From Oscillospiraceae bacterium (GTDB lineage Bacteria > Bacillota > Clostridia > Oscillospirales > Ruminococcaceae), in the NCBI GenBank assembly GCA_028694405.1, contig JAQUTM010000001.1, positions 1 through 55,342 of the forward strand: 55,342 nt of DNA, in the 5' to 3' direction. The stretch's first letter is position 1. Every line of letters starts with the position of its first letter. Under the pieces are notes generated by a model. It worked only from the letters and a program-made list of their open reading frames with translations, did no database searches and had not been told where the DNA came from. Made by a program: the position numbers and the translations under genes. Positions 1 through 10,386 of this stretch are shown piece after piece.

Positions 1-63
1 TTATGCAGTCTGCGGTTTTGTGCTATACTAAAAAGACAAAATTACATACCGCAGAGGTGCAAT

Positions 64-1134
64 ATGAGTAATACCTGGGGAAGAAAAGTTAAAATAACCA
101 TTTTTGGAGAGAGCCACGGTGTGGGCATCGGTGCTGTAATAGACGGTTTACCTGTAGGTGAAGCCATTGATTTACAACAGGTGCAGCTTCAGCTTGCACG
201 CCGCGCACCGGGTAACAGTGCGCTGGCAACCCCCCGCAAAGAGGCAGACGCGTTAGAGGTACTAAGCGGCCTGTTTGAAGGGCACACCACAGGCGCACCC
301 ATTTGCGGCGTTATTCGCAATACAAATACCCGCAGCAAAGATTACACTCCTCAGCTGCCGCGTCCCGGCCATGCCGATTTAGCGGCTTACCTAAAATACA
401 ACGGCTTTAGCGATTATCGCGGCGGCGGGCACTTTTCGGGGCGCATTACGGCAGGCTTGGTGGCAGGCGGGGCTATGGCAATGCAAATACTGGCACGCCG
501 CGGCATAGCTATAGGCGCTCACATTGCCCAAATAGAAAATATAAAAGACGATACTTTTAACCAAATTACCTCCTCTTTGCTGCAAGGTCTTACGGAAAGT
601 GATTTTCCCCTGTTAAACCCACAGGTGCAGTCTGCCATGACGCGGGCTGTGTTACAGGCAAAGCAGCAACAGGACAGCGTGGGCGGTATAATTGAATGTG
701 CCGTGTGCGGTGTACCCGCGGGCTTGGGTGCGCCTTTTTTTGAAAGCCTGGAAAGCCGCATGGCAAGTAAGATGTTTAGCGTACCTGCCGTAAAGGGGGT
801 AGAATTCGGCGCGGGCTTTGGCATGGCGTCAATGCGTGGCAGCACAGCCAATGATGACATCATTTTGCAAAACGGTAAATTTGCCACAGCTACCAACAAT
901 AACGGCGGCATAAACGGCGGCATTACCAACGGTATGCCCATTGTGGTGCGCGCAGCGGTAAAGCCAACGCCCAGCATTTCACAGCCGCAGACGACGGTAG
1001 ATTTGACAACCCGTACCGAGACCGCTTTAACGGTAACAGGCCGACATGACCCCTGCATTATTCCACGCGCGGTTTGTGTAATAGAGGCTGCGGTGGCGCT
1101 TTGTATTTTAGATGCTATGGAGACAGACTTGTAA
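64..1134 (+). CDS. aroC: chorismate synthase
   Basis: 356-aa ORF. N-terminus KITIFGESHGVGIGAVIDGLP, followed by RRAPG and PGHAD, matches the chorismate synthase family. SD-like AGAGG lies upstream. Confidence 0.95.
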   Translation: MSNTWGRKVKITIFGESHGVGIGAVIDGLPVGEAIDLQQVQLQLARRAPGNSALATPRKEADALEVLSGLFEGHTTGAPICGVIRNTNTRSKDYTPQLPRPGHADLAAYLKYNGFSDYRGGGHFSGRITAGLVAGGAMAMQILARRGIAIGAHIAQIENIKDDTFNQITSSLLQGLTESDFPLLNPQVQSAMTRAVLQAKQQQDSVGGIIECAVCGVPAGLGAPFFESLESRMASKMFSVPAVKGVEFGAGFGMASMRGSTANDDIILQNGKFATATNNNGGINGGITNGMPIVVRAAVKPTPSISQPQTTVDLTTRTETALTVTGRHDPCIIPRAVCVIEAAVALCILDAMETDL

Positions 1135-1241
1135 AAAAATAAAAGCGTAAGACGTTAAAAATGCTTGCTTTACGTTAAAAAAAGTCGGTAGCTATGTATA
1201 AATTTGAAAGCAAGTATTGCAAGAAAGAACAGGTTTTCGGT

Positions 1242-2099
1242 ATGAAAAATATTACAAAAGACAGCGTTAAAAAGTTTGTATTGCTGAATTTCGGCTTGTT
1301 TCTCACGGCTGTAGGCATTTGCTTATTTAAAACCCCAAACCATTTTGCCATTGGCGGCACAAGCGGTTTGGCGATTATTTTGGCAAACCTGTTTCCCCGT
1401 TTAAATGTGGGCAGTGCCATGTTTGCCATCAATATGGTACTGGTAGTTTTGGGGTTTATTTTTATAGGCAAGCAGTTTGCGGGCGCCACAGTTTTTGCAA
1501 GCTTTGCACTGTCCTTTTATGTCAGTGTAATTGAATATGTAATGCCTATGGCTTCGCCTTTTACAAACGATACACTTTTAGAGTTGATTTACGCGATTTT
1601 ACTACCCGGCATAGGCAGCGCCATTGTGTTCAACATCGGTGCCTCTACAGGTGGCACCGATATCATTGCCATGATATTGAAAAAGTATATTAAAATGGAA
1701 ATAGGAAAGGCGCTGCTTATTTCAGACTTTTTAATTACCGTTTGGGCAGGTGCTATTTTTGGTATTCGTACCGGTTTGTATTGTGTGCTTGGGCTGTTTG
1801 TAAAAGCTTACTTAGTAGACATTGCCATCGAAAGCTTTAACACGCGTAAATATCTCACGATTATTTCCGGTCATGCAGAAGAGATTAAAGACTACATTTT
1901 AAAAACCTTGCACCGCGGTGCCAATATCAGTACAGCGTATGGCGCCTATACCGGAGAGGAACGCCAAGTTATTACCACCGTGCTTACAGGCCGCCAAGCG
2001 GTAGAGCTGCGCAATTTTATACGCAAGATTGACCCCGCCGCCTTTCTCACAATCGTAAATTCCAGCGAGACCATCGGCAAGGGCTTTCGGCAGATATAG
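1242..2099 (+). CDS. YitT-family membrane protein (DUF2179 C-terminal domain)
   Basis: Multi-TM ORF. The N-terminus from the internal Met (MKNITKDSVKKFVLLNFGLFLTAVG..PNHFAIGGTSGLAII) is typical of YitT. The ORF-track start at 1194 has no SD, so the start is ambiguous between 1194 and 1242. Confidence 0.75.
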   Translation: MKNITKDSVKKFVLLNFGLFLTAVGICLFKTPNHFAIGGTSGLAIILANLFPRLNVGSAMFAINMVLVVLGFIFIGKQFAGATVFASFALSFYVSVIEYVMPMASPFTNDTLLELIYAILLPGIGSAIVFNIGASTGGTDIIAMILKKYIKMEIGKALLISDFLITVWAGAIFGIRTGLYCVLGLFVKAYLVDIAIESFNTRKYLTIISGHAEEIKDYILKTLHRGANISTAYGAYTGEERQVITTVLTGRQAVELRNFIRKIDPAAFLTIVNSSETIGKGFRQI

Positions 2100-2113
2100 G
2101 AGGTTAAAGATAT

Positions 2114-2977
2114 ATGATATTAGATAACAAACCCACTATTTGCATTATTGGCATCGGTTTGATAGGCGGCAGTATGGCGTTGGCTTTGCGCGGCTTTCAT
2201 GACTGTACCATTATCGGGGTAGATACAAACCGTCAGTCGGTAGGAGCGGCTTTAAAGGCAGGTGCTATCGACAAAGCCTACGATACGCCTGCAGAGGCAA
2301 TTCCGCAGGCAGATTTGGTTATTTTGTGTGTGTACCCGCATCATATTCACGACATTGTAACCCAAAACGCGCATTTGTTTAAATCGGGCGCCATTGTTTG
2401 TGATGTATGTGGTACAAAAGAGCATTTGTACGGTGGTATGCACCAGTACATTCCTGATGATATTGACTATATCGGTGTGCACCCTATGGCAGGCAAAGAG
2501 GTGGACGGCTTTTTAAATGCGGAGGGAACGCTGTTTCAAAACACGGGCTTTATCATCATTCCGCTTGAAAAAACCAAGCAAACCAGTATTGATGCCATGC
2601 AGGAGATAGCAGGATATATCGGTGCCACCCGTACCGCTGTTTCTACGCCTCATCAGCATGACGCAATTATTGCCTACACCAGTGACCTAATGCATATTTC
2701 CGCCACCGCGCTGTGCGTAAATTATCACCGCGATATGAACAACGTTTACACCGCGGGCGCTTATCGAGACTGTACGCGTATAGCCAATATTAACCCGGAT
2801 TTGTGGACAGAGCTGTTTATGGCAAATCGTACGGCGTTAATTCCCACTTTGCAGCAGTATATTGATACGCTGCAGGCTATGCAGCAAAGTTTGCAGACAG
2901 AAGACAGAGAGCAGATGCAAGCGCTATTAAAAACTGCTGCCCAAAACAAAAAAACCATGTCTAAAATGACCGTTTAA
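2114..2977 (+). CDS. tyrA: prephenate dehydrogenase
   Basis: Rossmann N-terminus ICIIGIGLIGGSMALAL, the HPMAG motif, and aroC nearby. GGAGG SD lies 11 nt upstream. Confidence 0.9.
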   Translation: MILDNKPTICIIGIGLIGGSMALALRGFHDCTIIGVDTNRQSVGAALKAGAIDKAYDTPAEAIPQADLVILCVYPHHIHDIVTQNAHLFKSGAIVCDVCGTKEHLYGGMHQYIPDDIDYIGVHPMAGKEVDGFLNAEGTLFQNTGFIIIPLEKTKQTSIDAMQEIAGYIGATRTAVSTPHQHDAIIAYTSDLMHISATALCVNYHRDMNNVYTAGAYRDCTRIANINPDLWTELFMANRTALIPTLQQYIDTLQAMQQSLQTEDREQMQALLKTAAQNKKTMSKMTV

Positions 2978-3009
2978 AAATGTATAAAAATTCAATATAG
3001 TTTTCTGTT

Positions 3010-3060
3010 AGCACCTCTGCTTTGTTTTAAAAAAGATAAATAAGCAGGGGTGCTTTTTTA
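3010..3060 (+). terminator. rho-independent terminator after tyrA
   Basis: AGCACCTCTGC ... GCAGGGGTGCT stem with one G-U pair and a long loop, followed by TTTTTT. Confidence 0.55.
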
Positions 3061-3134
3061 TATATTCAACAAAAGAGCAAAAGAATAGGGAAAAAATAAC
3101 ATATCCTTATGCAATTCGTAAAAAATGAAAAAGA

Positions 3135-3185
3135 ATAGAATAAATATTCAAAAATACTTGAATTTTATGTATAAAGTTGTATAAT
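3135..3185 (+). promoter_or_regulatory. argG promoter (TTGAAT-16 nt-TATAAT) overlapped by ARG-box-like sites
   Basis: AGAATAAATATTCA (3137-3150) differs by one base from the core TGAATWWWWATTCA. A second, weaker box TGAATTTTATGTAT lies at 3159-3172. -35 TTGAAT is at 3158-3163 and -10 TATAAT at 3180-3185. Confidence 0.45.
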
Positions 3186-3259
3186 GACATACAAGACAAA
3201 GGCACATTTTGCCTAACATTTTTTTACAAAACAAAATAAGCAAAGTGAGGATATATATT

Positions 3260-4483
3260 ATGAAAGAGATTAAAAAAGTAGTTTTGGCTTACTCGGGCGG
3301 GTTAGATACCTCCATTATCATTCCTTGGTTAAAAGAAAATTACAACAACTGTGAGGTTATTGCAGTAGCTGCCGATGTAGGCCAGCAGGCAGAGCTGGAC
3401 GGCTTAGAGGAAAAAGCTTTAAAAACAGGTGCCAGCAAGCTTTACATAGAGGATTTAAAAGATACCTTTGTAGACGATTATATTATCCCTACCATGCAGG
3501 CAGGTGCAGTGTATGAGGGCCAGTATTTGCTGGGTACCAGCTTTGCACGTCCGCTTATCGGTAAACGTCTTGTAGAAATTGCCAAGGCAGAGGGGGCCGA
3601 TGCCATTTGTCACGGCTGTACCGGTAAAGGCAACGACCAAGTTCGGTTTGAGCTTGCCATTAAGGCATTTGCACCCACAATGCCCATTATTGCACCTTGG
3701 AGAATATGGGACATCAAAAGCCGTGACGAAGAAATTGATTACGCAGAGGCACACAATATCCCGTTAAAAATTAACCGTGAAACAAACTACTCCAAAGACA
3801 AAAATCTGTGGCATTTAAGCCATGAGGGCTTAGATTTGGAAGACCCTGCAAATGAGCCCCAATACAACAAGCCCGGTTTTTTGGAGATGAGCGTAAGCCC
3901 CGAGCAAGCGCCCGATGTTCCCACCTATGTAACACTAAGCTTTGAAAAAGGCGTGCCTGTTGCACTGGACGGCAAAAAAATGAAAGCCATTGACATCATT
4001 TGGAAATTAAACGAAATTGGCGGCAAAAACGGCATTGGCCTTGCCGACATTGTAGAAAACCGTCTGGTTGGCATGAAGAGCCGCGGCGTATACGAAACAC
4101 CGGGTGGTACTATTTTGTATCATGCACATCAGGTTTTGGAAACGCTATGTCTTGATAAAGAAACCCAGCATTACAAACAAATGCTAGCTTTAAAGTTTGC
4201 CGACATTGTTTACAACGGACAGTGGTTTACACCTCTGCGTGAGGCATTAACCGCATTTGTAAACAGCACCCAGCAAACTGTTACAGGCGAGGTTAAGCTA
4301 AAACTTTACAAAGGCAACATCATCAATGCAGGTACCACATCTCCCTACACCCTGTATGACGAAGAGGTTGCAACCTTTAACGAGGACCACGTTTACGACC
4401 AAAAAGACAGCGCAGGCTTTATTAACCTGTTTGGCTTGCCCATTAAAGTAAAAGCAATGCTAGACGAAAAAAGAGGCAAATAA
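3260..4483 (+). CDS. argG: argininosuccinate synthase
   Basis: Starts [18 protein letters not shown] (the N-type ATP-PPase SGGLDTS motif). The true start is the internal Met of ORF 3209..4483. Confidence 0.95.
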   Translation: MKEIKKVVLAYSGGLDTSIIIPWLKENYNNCEVIAVAADVGQQAELDGLEEKALKTGASKLYIEDLKDTFVDDYIIPTMQAGAVYEGQYLLGTSFARPLIGKRLVEIAKAEGADAICHGCTGKGNDQVRFELAIKAFAPTMPIIAPWRIWDIKSRDEEIDYAEAHNIPLKINRETNYSKDKNLWHLSHEGLDLEDPANEPQYNKPGFLEMSVSPEQAPDVPTYVTLSFEKGVPVALDGKKMKAIDIIWKLNEIGGKNGIGLADIVENRLVGMKSRGVYETPGGTILYHAHQVLETLCLDKETQHYKQMLALKFADIVYNGQWFTPLREALTAFVNSTQQTVTGEVKLKLYKGNIINAGTTSPYTLYDEEVATFNEDHVYDQKDSAGFINLFGLPIKVKAMLDEKRGK

Positions 4484-4498
4484 ACAAAGCATAACAGA

Positions 4499-4536
4499 GG
4501 GTTGCCTTAAAGCGTATAAAAGCTTTAAAGCAGCCC
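4499..4536 (+). other. intercistronic stem-loop between argG and argH, no U-tract
   Basis: GGGTTGCCTTAAAGC / GCTTTAAAGCAGCCC forms a stem of about 15 bp with one mismatch and one G-U pair, and an 8-nt loop. Confidence 0.4.
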
Positions 4537-4574
4537 GCTGCTTATATAAACCAACATTTTACGGAGGAACCGCT

Positions 4575-5954
4575 ATGGCACTTTGGGCAGGACGCTTTAC
4601 AAAAGAAATTGACAGTCGTACCAACGATTTTAACTCGTCTATTCGCTTTGACGCGCGTATGTATAAGGAAGATATTACAGGCAGCATTGCCCATGCAACC
4701 ATGCTGGCACAGCAGGGGATTATCGGTGCAGATGACGTAAAGCAAATTGTAACCGAGCTGCCTAAAATTATGCAGGAGATAGAGGACGGCACTTTGCCGT
4801 TTGACCCAAATGCGGAAGACATTCATATGTTTGTAGAGGCCGAGCTGACAAAACGGATTGGAGACGCAGGCAAGCGCTTGCATACGGCACGCAGTCGTAA
4901 TGACCAAGTTGCACTGGATATTCGTATGTACCTTAAAAAAGAATGTGCAGAAATAATCGGCATGTTAAAAGAAATGACAGCCGTGTTTTGCCAACAGGCG
5001 CAAGAGCACTTAGAAACCGTTATGCCGGGCTACACCCATTTGCAGCGTGCCCAGCCCATTACCTTTGCCCACCATTTAATGGCATATGCAAATATGTTTT
5101 TGCGTGACATTGAGCGTATGGAGCAAGCCGCTGTGCGTATGAATGTACTGCCGCTGGGCAGCGGAGCTTTAGCAGGCACCACCTATCCCATAGACCGCAC
5201 CAAAGTGGCGGATTTACTGGGCTTTGACAGTATTACCCAAAACAGTCTGGACGGTGTGAGTGACCGCGATTTTTGCATAGACGTTGCCGCCGCCGTCTCC
5301 ACCATTATGATGCATCTTTCCCGCTTTAGCGAGGAGGTAATTTTATGGTGCAGCTGGGAGTTTAAATTTGTAGAGCTGGACGATGCGTTTGCAACGGGCA
5401 GCAGCATTATGCCCCAAAAGAAAAACCCCGATATTACCGAGCTTGTGCGCGGTAAAACAGGCCGTGTATATGGCGATTTAATGACGCTGCTAACCATGAT
5501 GAAAGGCTTGCCGCTTGCCTACAACAAAGATATGCAAGAGGACAAAGAGGCTGTTTTTGACGCAGTAGATACCGTTAAGCTTTGCATAAAAACGGTTATT
5601 CCCATGGTGCAAACCATGCGCGTTATAAACGAAAATATGCGTGCAGCGGCGGCAAAAGGCTTTATCAACGCCACCGACTGTGCAGATTATCTGGTAAAAA
5701 AAGGCTTGCCTTTCCGCGACGCGTACAAAATTACAGGCACACTGGTTGCCTATTGTATAGAGTGCAGCCTCACCCTAGAAACAGTACCCTTAGAGGTATA
5801 TCAGCAGGCATGCAGCAGCTTTGAAAAAGATGTATACGAGGCTATCAGCTTAGAAACCTGTGTAAAAGAGCGTAAGGTGGCAGGCGGCCCTGCCCCGCAG
5901 GCAGTACAGCAGCAAATTGATTATGTAATGCAAAAGCTGCAGGAGAACACTTAA
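4575..5954 (+). CDS. argH: argininosuccinate lyase
   Basis: MALWAGRF N-terminus, the fumarate-lyase signature GSSIMPQKKNPD, and 459 aa. Confidence 0.95.
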   Translation: MALWAGRFTKEIDSRTNDFNSSIRFDARMYKEDITGSIAHATMLAQQGIIGADDVKQIVTELPKIMQEIEDGTLPFDPNAEDIHMFVEAELTKRIGDAGKRLHTARSRNDQVALDIRMYLKKECAEIIGMLKEMTAVFCQQAQEHLETVMPGYTHLQRAQPITFAHHLMAYANMFLRDIERMEQAAVRMNVLPLGSGALAGTTYPIDRTKVADLLGFDSITQNSLDGVSDRDFCIDVAAAVSTIMMHLSRFSEEVILWCSWEFKFVELDDAFATGSSIMPQKKNPDITELVRGKTGRVYGDLMTLLTMMKGLPLAYNKDMQEDKEAVFDAVDTVKLCIKTVIPMVQTMRVINENMRAAAAKGFINATDCADYLVKKGLPFRDAYKITGTLVAYCIECSLTLETVPLEVYQQACSSFEKDVYEAISLETCVKERKVAGGPAPQAVQQQIDYVMQKLQENT

Positions 5955-6042
5955 TTAAAAGGCAAATAAATACAGGTTTGCCGCAGATAGGCGGCAGCTG
6001 TAAAAGGCAAAAAAGAAAGTATAGAAAAGCAGAGGGATAGCT

Positions 6043-6987
6043 ATGGCCTATAAAGTTTTTATAGACGGCAGCGCGGGTACTACAGGCTTGCGCATTTATC
6101 AGCGTCTTGGCGCGCGTGAGGATATAGAACTGCTAAGTATAAATGAAAATCAGCGAAAAGATATAAAAGAGCGCACAGAAAAAATTAACAGCGCAGATGT
6201 TGCCTTTTTGTGCTTACCGGACGCGGCGGCAAAAGAAATTGTAACAGGTATAAACTCCGCCGTAAAAGTGCTGGATACCTCTACTGCACACCGCACAGCC
6301 CAAGGCTGGGTGTATGGCTTGCCAGAGCTTTATAGCGGCGCACAGCGCCAAAAAATAAAAGCCGCAAACCGTGTTGCGGTGCCGGGCTGTCATGCCACCG
6401 GCTTTATTGCACTGGCAGCACCACTGGTAGCGCTTGGTATTGCGCCTGCGGATTATCCGTTTACCGCACACTCTGTCACAGGGTACAGCGGCGGCGGCAA
6501 AAGCATGATAGCAGACTATGAGCAGCATACGGACGCAATTCATGCAAGCCCCCGGCAATATGCGCTGGGGCAAACACATAAACATCTGCCCGAAATGCAA
6601 AAAATCAGCAATTTAAGCTACGCACCTGTGTTTAATCCCATTGTAAGCAATTTTTACAGCGGTATGGTGGTAACGGTGCCGCTGTATATGCGGCTGCTAG
6701 CTCAAACAGACAGCACCCCCCAAAGCGTTGCGGCACAGCTTGCGCAATATTATGCAAATCAGCCTATGATAACCGTACATATGGGTACACAAATGCCGGA
6801 AAGCGGCTTTTTGGAGACAAATACCTTGGCCGGCAGTGACAAGCTTGAAATATTTGTTTTTGGCACCAAAGAGCAAATTGTACTGGCAAGCCGATTTGAC
6901 AATTTGGGAAAAGGTAGCAGCGGCGCAGCTTTACAGTGCATGAATCTCATGTTGGGCTTGCCCGAAACCACAGGTCTTTGTGTGTAA
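6043..6987 (+). CDS. argC: N-acetyl-gamma-glutamyl-phosphate reductase (short, type-2 form)
   Basis: 314 aa. N-terminus VFIDGSAGTTGLRIYQRL and active-site region VAVPGCHATG, in arg operon context. Confidence 0.9.
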   Translation: MAYKVFIDGSAGTTGLRIYQRLGAREDIELLSINENQRKDIKERTEKINSADVAFLCLPDAAAKEIVTGINSAVKVLDTSTAHRTAQGWVYGLPELYSGAQRQKIKAANRVAVPGCHATGFIALAAPLVALGIAPADYPFTAHSVTGYSGGGKSMIADYEQHTDAIHASPRQYALGQTHKHLPEMQKISNLSYAPVFNPIVSNFYSGMVVTVPLYMRLLAQTDSTPQSVAAQLAQYYANQPMITVHMGTQMPESGFLETNTLAGSDKLEIFVFGTKEQIVLASRFDNLGKGSSGAALQCMNLMLGLPETTGLCV

Positions 6988-7040
6988 CTGGGCAATACGG
7001 TACAAAGATAAACAATTTTACATAGAGCGGGAGAGGGAAA

Positions 7041-8261
7041 ATGAACTTAACACAAATTACAGGCGGCGTATGTGCGCCGATAGGCTTTCGGGCAGGCGGT
7101 GTACATTGCGGTATCCGTAAAAATAAATCCAAATTAGATTTGGCTATGATAGCCAGCGAGGTAAAATGCACCGTGGGCTGTGTATATACCCAAAACAAGG
7201 TAAAGGGAGCCCCCATCGCCGTTACAAAGGCAAACGTAAAAGATGGGTTTGCACAGGCTGTAATTTGTAACAGCGGCAACGCCAATACCTGTAATGCAAA
7301 CGGTATGGAAATTGCACAGCAAACCTGTAAGCTTGCGGCAGAAGCTTTGGGCGTACAGCCTACAGACATTGTAGTGGCAAGTACAGGTGTTATAGGTCAG
7401 CCTATGACAATTACGCCTTTTGAAAACGGCATGGCACCGCTGATTGCAGCATTAAACAAAAACGGCAGCAGTGACGCCTGCGAAGGCATTATGACGACGG
7501 ATACCTGTAAAAAGGAGTATGCCTATGCCTTTGATATAGGCGGTAAAGCTTGCCATATCGGCGCCATAGCAAAAGGCAGCGGCATGATACACCCCAACAT
7601 GGCTACCATGCTTGCCTTTGTAACAACAGATGTTGCCATCAGCAGCGAAATGCTGCAAAAGGCGGTAAGCAGCGTGGCGGCAGATACCTTTAATATGGTA
7701 AGCGTAGACGGAGATACCTCTACCAATGATATGCTTACCGTACTTGCCAACGGCATGGCGCAAAACCCGCAAATTGTGGCGGCAAACGCAGATTTTATGG
7801 ATTTTTGCACAGCGCTTGACACCGTGTGCCGCAGCATAAGCCGCGCTATGGCAAAGGACGGCGAGGGTGCCACCAAGCTGTTAGGAGTAAACGTAACCGG
7901 TGCGCCAACTATCCAAGTGGCAAAAAAGGTTGCCAAAAGCGTGGCTTGCAGCAGCCTGCTAAAAGCCGCCATGTTTGGCGCAGACGCCAACTGGGGACGC
8001 GTTTTGTGCGCCATTGGCTACACCGATGCAGAGTTTGATATCAGTAAGGTAGATGTAGCGTTTAAAAGCAAAGCGGGTACAGTAGCTGTTTGCAAAAACG
8101 GAGCAGGCATTGATTTTAGCGAGGAAACAGCAAAAACAGTGCTGCTTGCAGACGAGATTGAGATTAACATTGCCATGAACGACGGCACGGCAGTTGCCAC
8201 GGCGTGGGGATGTGACTTAACGTATGACTATGTAAAAATTAACGGAGACTACCGCACTTAA
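7041..8261 (+). CDS. argJ: bifunctional ornithine acetyltransferase / N-acetylglutamate synthase
   Basis: GF(R)AGGVHCGI(R)K N-terminus, the autoprocessing region HPNMATMLAFVTTD, and C-terminal LTYDYVKINGDYRT. Confidence 0.95.
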   Translation: MNLTQITGGVCAPIGFRAGGVHCGIRKNKSKLDLAMIASEVKCTVGCVYTQNKVKGAPIAVTKANVKDGFAQAVICNSGNANTCNANGMEIAQQTCKLAAEALGVQPTDIVVASTGVIGQPMTITPFENGMAPLIAALNKNGSSDACEGIMTTDTCKKEYAYAFDIGGKACHIGAIAKGSGMIHPNMATMLAFVTTDVAISSEMLQKAVSSVAADTFNMVSVDGDTSTNDMLTVLANGMAQNPQIVAANADFMDFCTALDTVCRSISRAMAKDGEGATKLLGVNVTGAPTIQVAKKVAKSVACSSLLKAAMFGADANWGRVLCAIGYTDAEFDISKVDVAFKSKAGTVAVCKNGAGIDFSEETAKTVLLADEIEINIAMNDGTAVATAWGCDLTYDYVKINGDYRT

Positions 8262-8299
8262 ATTTTAAGTTAAACCTGTTTTAGTAAGGAGCACAACAC

Positions 8300-9160
8300 A
8301 TGGATAACATTTCTTTCATGGACAGAGCCGCGGTTTTGGCGCAGGCCTTGCCTTATATTCAAAAGTATTCCGGCAAAATTGTAGTAATTAAATACGGTGG
8401 CAACGCCATGATAGACGATGACCTGAAACAAGCTGTAATGAGTGATTTGGTGCTGTTACAGCTGGTTGGAATTCACGTTGTTTTGGTGCATGGCGGCGGT
8501 CCCGAAATCAGCGCAATGCTGAAAAAAATAGGCAAAGAGAGCAAGTTTATAAACGGCCTGCGTTACACCGATAAAGAGACAGCAGATATTGTACAAATGG
8601 TATTGGGGGGCAAGGTTAATAAAGATTTAGTTGCCTTGGTAGAGCGTCACCACGGCAAGGCACTGGGCCTTTGCGGCATTGATGGGGGTTTGCTAAAAGC
8701 CAAAAAGCTGGAGTCTGAGGTGGATTTAGGCTATGTGGGTGATATTACACAGGTAAACGCAAAGCCTGTTTTAGATGCACTGGCAGGGGGTTACATTCCG
8801 GTAATTGCCACGGTGGCAAGCGATGCTGCGGGCAATGTATACAACATCAATGCCGATACTGCCGCAGCACGCATAGCGGCAGAGCTGCACGCTGAAAACT
8901 TGATTTTGATGACGGATATACGCGGTTTGCTGGCAGATAAAGACAGAGAAGAAACGCTGATACCTCATGTATGCGTAAGCGATGTGCCCGCATTAAAACG
9001 TGAGGGCACGATAAGCGGCGGTATGATACCTAAAATAGACTGCTGTGTAGAAACCGTGCGCCGTGGTGTAAAAAAAGCAGTTATTATCGACGGCCGCGTA
9101 CCGCACTCTATTTTAATTGAAATTTTAACCGACGAGGGTATCGGTACCATGTTTACCTAG
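8300..9160 (+). CDS. argB: acetylglutamate kinase
   Basis: VVIKYGGNAM and VLVHGGGPEI motifs of the amino-acid kinase family, in arg operon context. Confidence 0.95.
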   Translation: MDNISFMDRAAVLAQALPYIQKYSGKIVVIKYGGNAMIDDDLKQAVMSDLVLLQLVGIHVVLVHGGGPEISAMLKKIGKESKFINGLRYTDKETADIVQMVLGGKVNKDLVALVERHHGKALGLCGIDGGLLKAKKLESEVDLGYVGDITQVNAKPVLDALAGGYIPVIATVASDAAGNVYNINADTAAARIAAELHAENLILMTDIRGLLADKDREETLIPHVCVSDVPALKREGTISGGMIPKIDCCVETVRRGVKKAVIIDGRVPHSILIEILTDEGIGTMFT

Positions 9161-9187
9161 CAGATAGGCGGGGGAGAGAAGGCTATT

Positions 9188-10363
9188 ATGGGTTTTAGCA
9201 GTGTAAAACTACAAGACAACACCTATGTTGCAAATACATACGGCAGGTTTGACTTGTGTTTGGTAAAAGGTAAAAATGCAACGGCAACAGATATAAACGG
9301 CAAAAGCTATATCGATTTTGGCAGCGGCATCGGTGTAAACAGCTTGGGCTATTGTAACGATGCATGGGCACAGGCGGTTTGTGCCCAGGTACAAACTTTA
9401 AATCACACCAGCAATTTGTATTATACGTTGCCGGGCACACAGCTTGCAGAAAAGCTGTGCAAAAAAACAGGTTATGAAAAAGTGTTTTTTGGAAACAGCG
9501 GCGCCGAGGCAAACGAGGGCATGATAAAAGCCGCCCGTAAGTACAGCAGCGATAAATACAGCCACAGGCGCAGTGAGATTATTGTGCTGCAAAACAGCTT
9601 TCACGGACGTACCATTACAACCCTTGCCGCTACAGGGCAGGAGGTTTTTCACAAAAACTTTACGCCGCTTACTGCGGGCTTTTGTTATGCTGTGGCAGGA
9701 AATTTGGCAGACGTAGAGAGCAAAATAACCCCCAATACCTGTGCTGTTATGGTGGAAATGATACAGGGCGAAGGCGGTGTTGTGGCGTTAGACAAAAACT
9801 TTGTGCAGCAGCTTGCCGCGCTATGTGCTAAAAATGATATTTTGCTTTTGGACGACGAGGTGCAAACCGGTATGGGTCGTACCGGTACCCTACTGGCATG
9901 TGAGCAGCTTGGCGTAAAGCCAAACATAGTAAGCCTTGCCAAGGGCCTTGGTGGCGGTTTGCCCATAGGTGCTGTCTTGTTTGACGAAAAAACCAAAAAC
10001 ACCTTGGGCATAAGTGACCATGGCTCCACCTTTGGTGCAAACCCCATTGTTTGCGCAGGCGCAATGGTTGTGGCAGATACGCTAACCGATACGTTTTTGG
10101 CAGAGGTAACTGCAAAAAGCAAGCACATTTTTGCAGCTGTAGGCAAAATGCCCCATGTAAAAAGTGTAAGCGGGCTTGGCCTGATGATAGGCGTAGAATT
10201 TGAGGACGTAGCAGGACGTGATGTGGTACAAAAATGTATGGAAAAAGGCGTTTTGTTTTTAACCGCAAAGCACAAGCTGCGTATGCTGCCGCCGCTTACC
10301 ATTACGTTGGCAGAAATAGAAAAAGGGCTTGCCGTGCTGCAAGAGGTTTTGACAGAGATATAA
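9188..10363 (+). CDS. argD: acetylornithine aminotransferase
   Basis: Class-III PLP aminotransferase (GNSGAEANEG, LLDDEVQTGMGRTG, SLAKGLGGGLP), in arg operon context. Confidence 0.9.
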   Translation: MGFSSVKLQDNTYVANTYGRFDLCLVKGKNATATDINGKSYIDFGSGIGVNSLGYCNDAWAQAVCAQVQTLNHTSNLYYTLPGTQLAEKLCKKTGYEKVFFGNSGAEANEGMIKAARKYSSDKYSHRRSEIIVLQNSFHGRTITTLAATGQEVFHKNFTPLTAGFCYAVAGNLADVESKITPNTCAVMVEMIQGEGGVVALDKNFVQQLAALCAKNDILLLDDEVQTGMGRTGTLLACEQLGVKPNIVSLAKGLGGGLPIGAVLFDEKTKNTLGISDHGSTFGANPIVCAGAMVVADTLTDTFLAEVTAKSKHIFAAVGKMPHVKSVSGLGLMIGVEFEDVAGRDVVQKCMEKGVLFLTAKHKLRMLPPLTITLAEIEKGLAVLQEVLTEI

Positions 10364-10386
10364 CAAAAAAAGAGGGGAAAAACACC

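Noticed and set aside
1135-1193. Possible terminator after aroC (GCGTAAG ... CTTTACGT)
   Set aside because: The stem is short and bulged and is followed by an A-run rather than a U-run. This is not convincing.
10234-10386. N-terminal extension of argF overlapping the argD 3' end
   Set aside because: The extension is Arg/Ala-rich junk read from the argD coding sequence in another frame. The conserved OTCase N-terminus and an SD are at 10387.
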